Positions 62,394 through 64,000 of a stretch of DNA of 64,000 nt are shown here, piece by piece; the stretch's first letter is position 1, and each line of letters opens with the position of its first letter. A program made the position numbers and the translations under genes. Under the pieces are notes generated by a model. It was not told the DNA's origin. It was given only the letters and a program-made list of their open reading frames with translations, and ran no database searches. This stretch comes from the human T2T-CHM13v2.0 reference genome, Homo sapiens. The DNA is taken from NCBI RefSeq assembly GCF_009914755.1, contig NC_060939.1, one strand, 5' to 3'.

Positions 62394-64000
62394 TTATATA
62401 TGATATATGTTATATGTTATGTAATATGCTTTATATGTAATATATAACCTCATATATATTATATGTCATAATATATAATAGTTATCCTGTGTCATATTAT
62501 ATATATTATATATTTCATAACATATATAATATATAATACATATTATACATCTTATATATGAAAATATGTAATTAGAGATAAAATAACATATAGTTATATA
62601 TAATATGATATATAACATATATACTATATCATATATGATATATAATATATAATTTTTTATTGCATATTATAATTCATATATATTATAATTTATATAATGA
62701 TATAATTATTTATATAATATAAATAATTATACATGCTTATATAATTATATATAATATAAATAATAATATATATAATTACATATTCATATCGTTATATATA
62801 ATAATACATTTCATATGTAATTATATATATCATATAATAGACAACACACCTAATATATAATATATAATATATATTATACAATATAGGATACAAAAGATGT
62901 ATGATATATAAGATATCATAATATAATATATATTTTAACATTATGTATGTAACATGTAATATGTGATATATAAAATAAATTATGTAATATAAAATAATAT
63001 AATATAATATATACTATATTAAGGTATATTATGTAAAGTATGTAATAAAATTATAAGTAACATAATATATAGTTATATATATTATCTTATGTATTTACAT
63101 AGAGTATTATACAGTTATATATAATTTTAAATTGTTATATATAATTTAATATAAAACAAATATAATATACATCATAACATATATATTGTATACCATATAT
63201 ATATTATGTATCATATATTGTATGTTATATATTATATATTCTATATCATATATCATATATTATATGTTATATATATCACATTCCACATTTTGTATATTAT
63301 AAATTATATACAATATATGACATGTATTATATTATATATAATAAATTATACATTATATGTAACATAGTATATATTATATGTAACATGTATATTCTATGTA
63401 AAATATATAATATATAACATATTACATATAATTAATAACATAGACATATAATATATATTTAATATATGTACTATATATACAACGTATTATACATACTCTA
63501 TATAATATATATTATATATATGGCATAAAATATAATATATATTATATGTCATATTTCATATATACAATTATATATTATTATATGTTATTTTATATTATAT
63601 ATAACATAGATATAATATATATACCTATAATGTATATTACATATAACGTAGATATTATATATAATATATATAATGTATATTATATATAACGTAGATATTA
63701 TATATAATATATATAATGTATATTATATATTTAATACGTATACTAACCATATAATATATTCTATATATGATATATAATATATATTATATATGTCATAAAA
63801 TATAATATATATTATATGTCATTGTATAAATATAATACTTATATATTATCAATTATTATATTACATTTAATATATATAATATAAGATGCAGGATGTGAAA
63901 CAATATTATATATATGTTATTTATATTATATATATGATACTATATATTATTGTATACATAATGTGTATATATATTTGTGGGTGCCCTATTTCCCATCTCA

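Larger units (their letters stand above)
1..64000 (+). repeat. DYZ2/HSat1B-type composite satellite array (HSATI-like segment + Alu + AT-rich segment), ~26.2 head-to-tail monomers of 2427-2477 bp
   Basis: Seen: the anchor ATGCAGGATGTG recurs 27 times with spacings 2440,2433,2433,2433,2433,2433,2440,2440,2432,2477,2475,2427,2439,2439,2433,2440,2440,2433,2440,2440,2436,2436,2433,2433,2433,2440. Monomers differ by only a handful of SNPs/indels, and the array runs off both window ends. Established knowledge: a ~2.4 kb HSATI+Alu+AT-rich unit defines DYZ2/HSat1B. Confidence 0.95.

Noticed and set aside
1-64000. CRISPR-like or repeat-spacer system
   Set aside because: The intervening AT segments are near-identical rather than unique spacers, the period is 2.4 kb, no cas genes are present, and the Alu shows primate origin.
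1-64000. Plasmodium-like, organellar or other AT-rich microbial genome; rDNA or tandem gene cluster
   Set aside because: A primate-specific Alu occurs in each unit, and there are no rRNA, tRNA, snRNA or credible coding signatures.

Overview
The whole 64 kb window is one uninterrupted, single-orientation tandem satellite array of about 26.2 copies of a ~2.43-2.48 kb composite monomer. Each monomer has a ~570 bp HSATI-like moderate-GC segment, a 5'-truncated and CpG-decayed Alu (~290 bp, A9 tail) and ~1.6 kb of extremely AT-rich low-complexity DNA. This architecture matches the hominid DYZ2/HSat1B satellite (human Yq12 heterochromatin, with related arrays on acrocentric short arms). The species and chromosome cannot be fixed from the sequence alone. 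There are no credible genes: all listed ORFs are the same 3-4 spurious satellite ORFs repeated per monomer. I found no new gene-based system. The informative signal is the variant pattern between monomers: a 2-monomer duplication (4866 bp), a 3-monomer duplication (7313 bp), a local triplet, a divergent pair with a 37 bp insertion, mosaic monomers and alleles shared over 34-41 kb. Monomers are numbered U1-U26 from the anchor ATGCAGGATGTG at 475, 2915, 5348, 7781, 10214, 12647, 15080, 17520, 19960, 22392, 24869, 27344, 29771, 32210, 34649, 37082, 39522, 41962, 44395, 46835, 49275, 51711, 54147, 56580, 59013 and 61446; the next anchor is at 63886.
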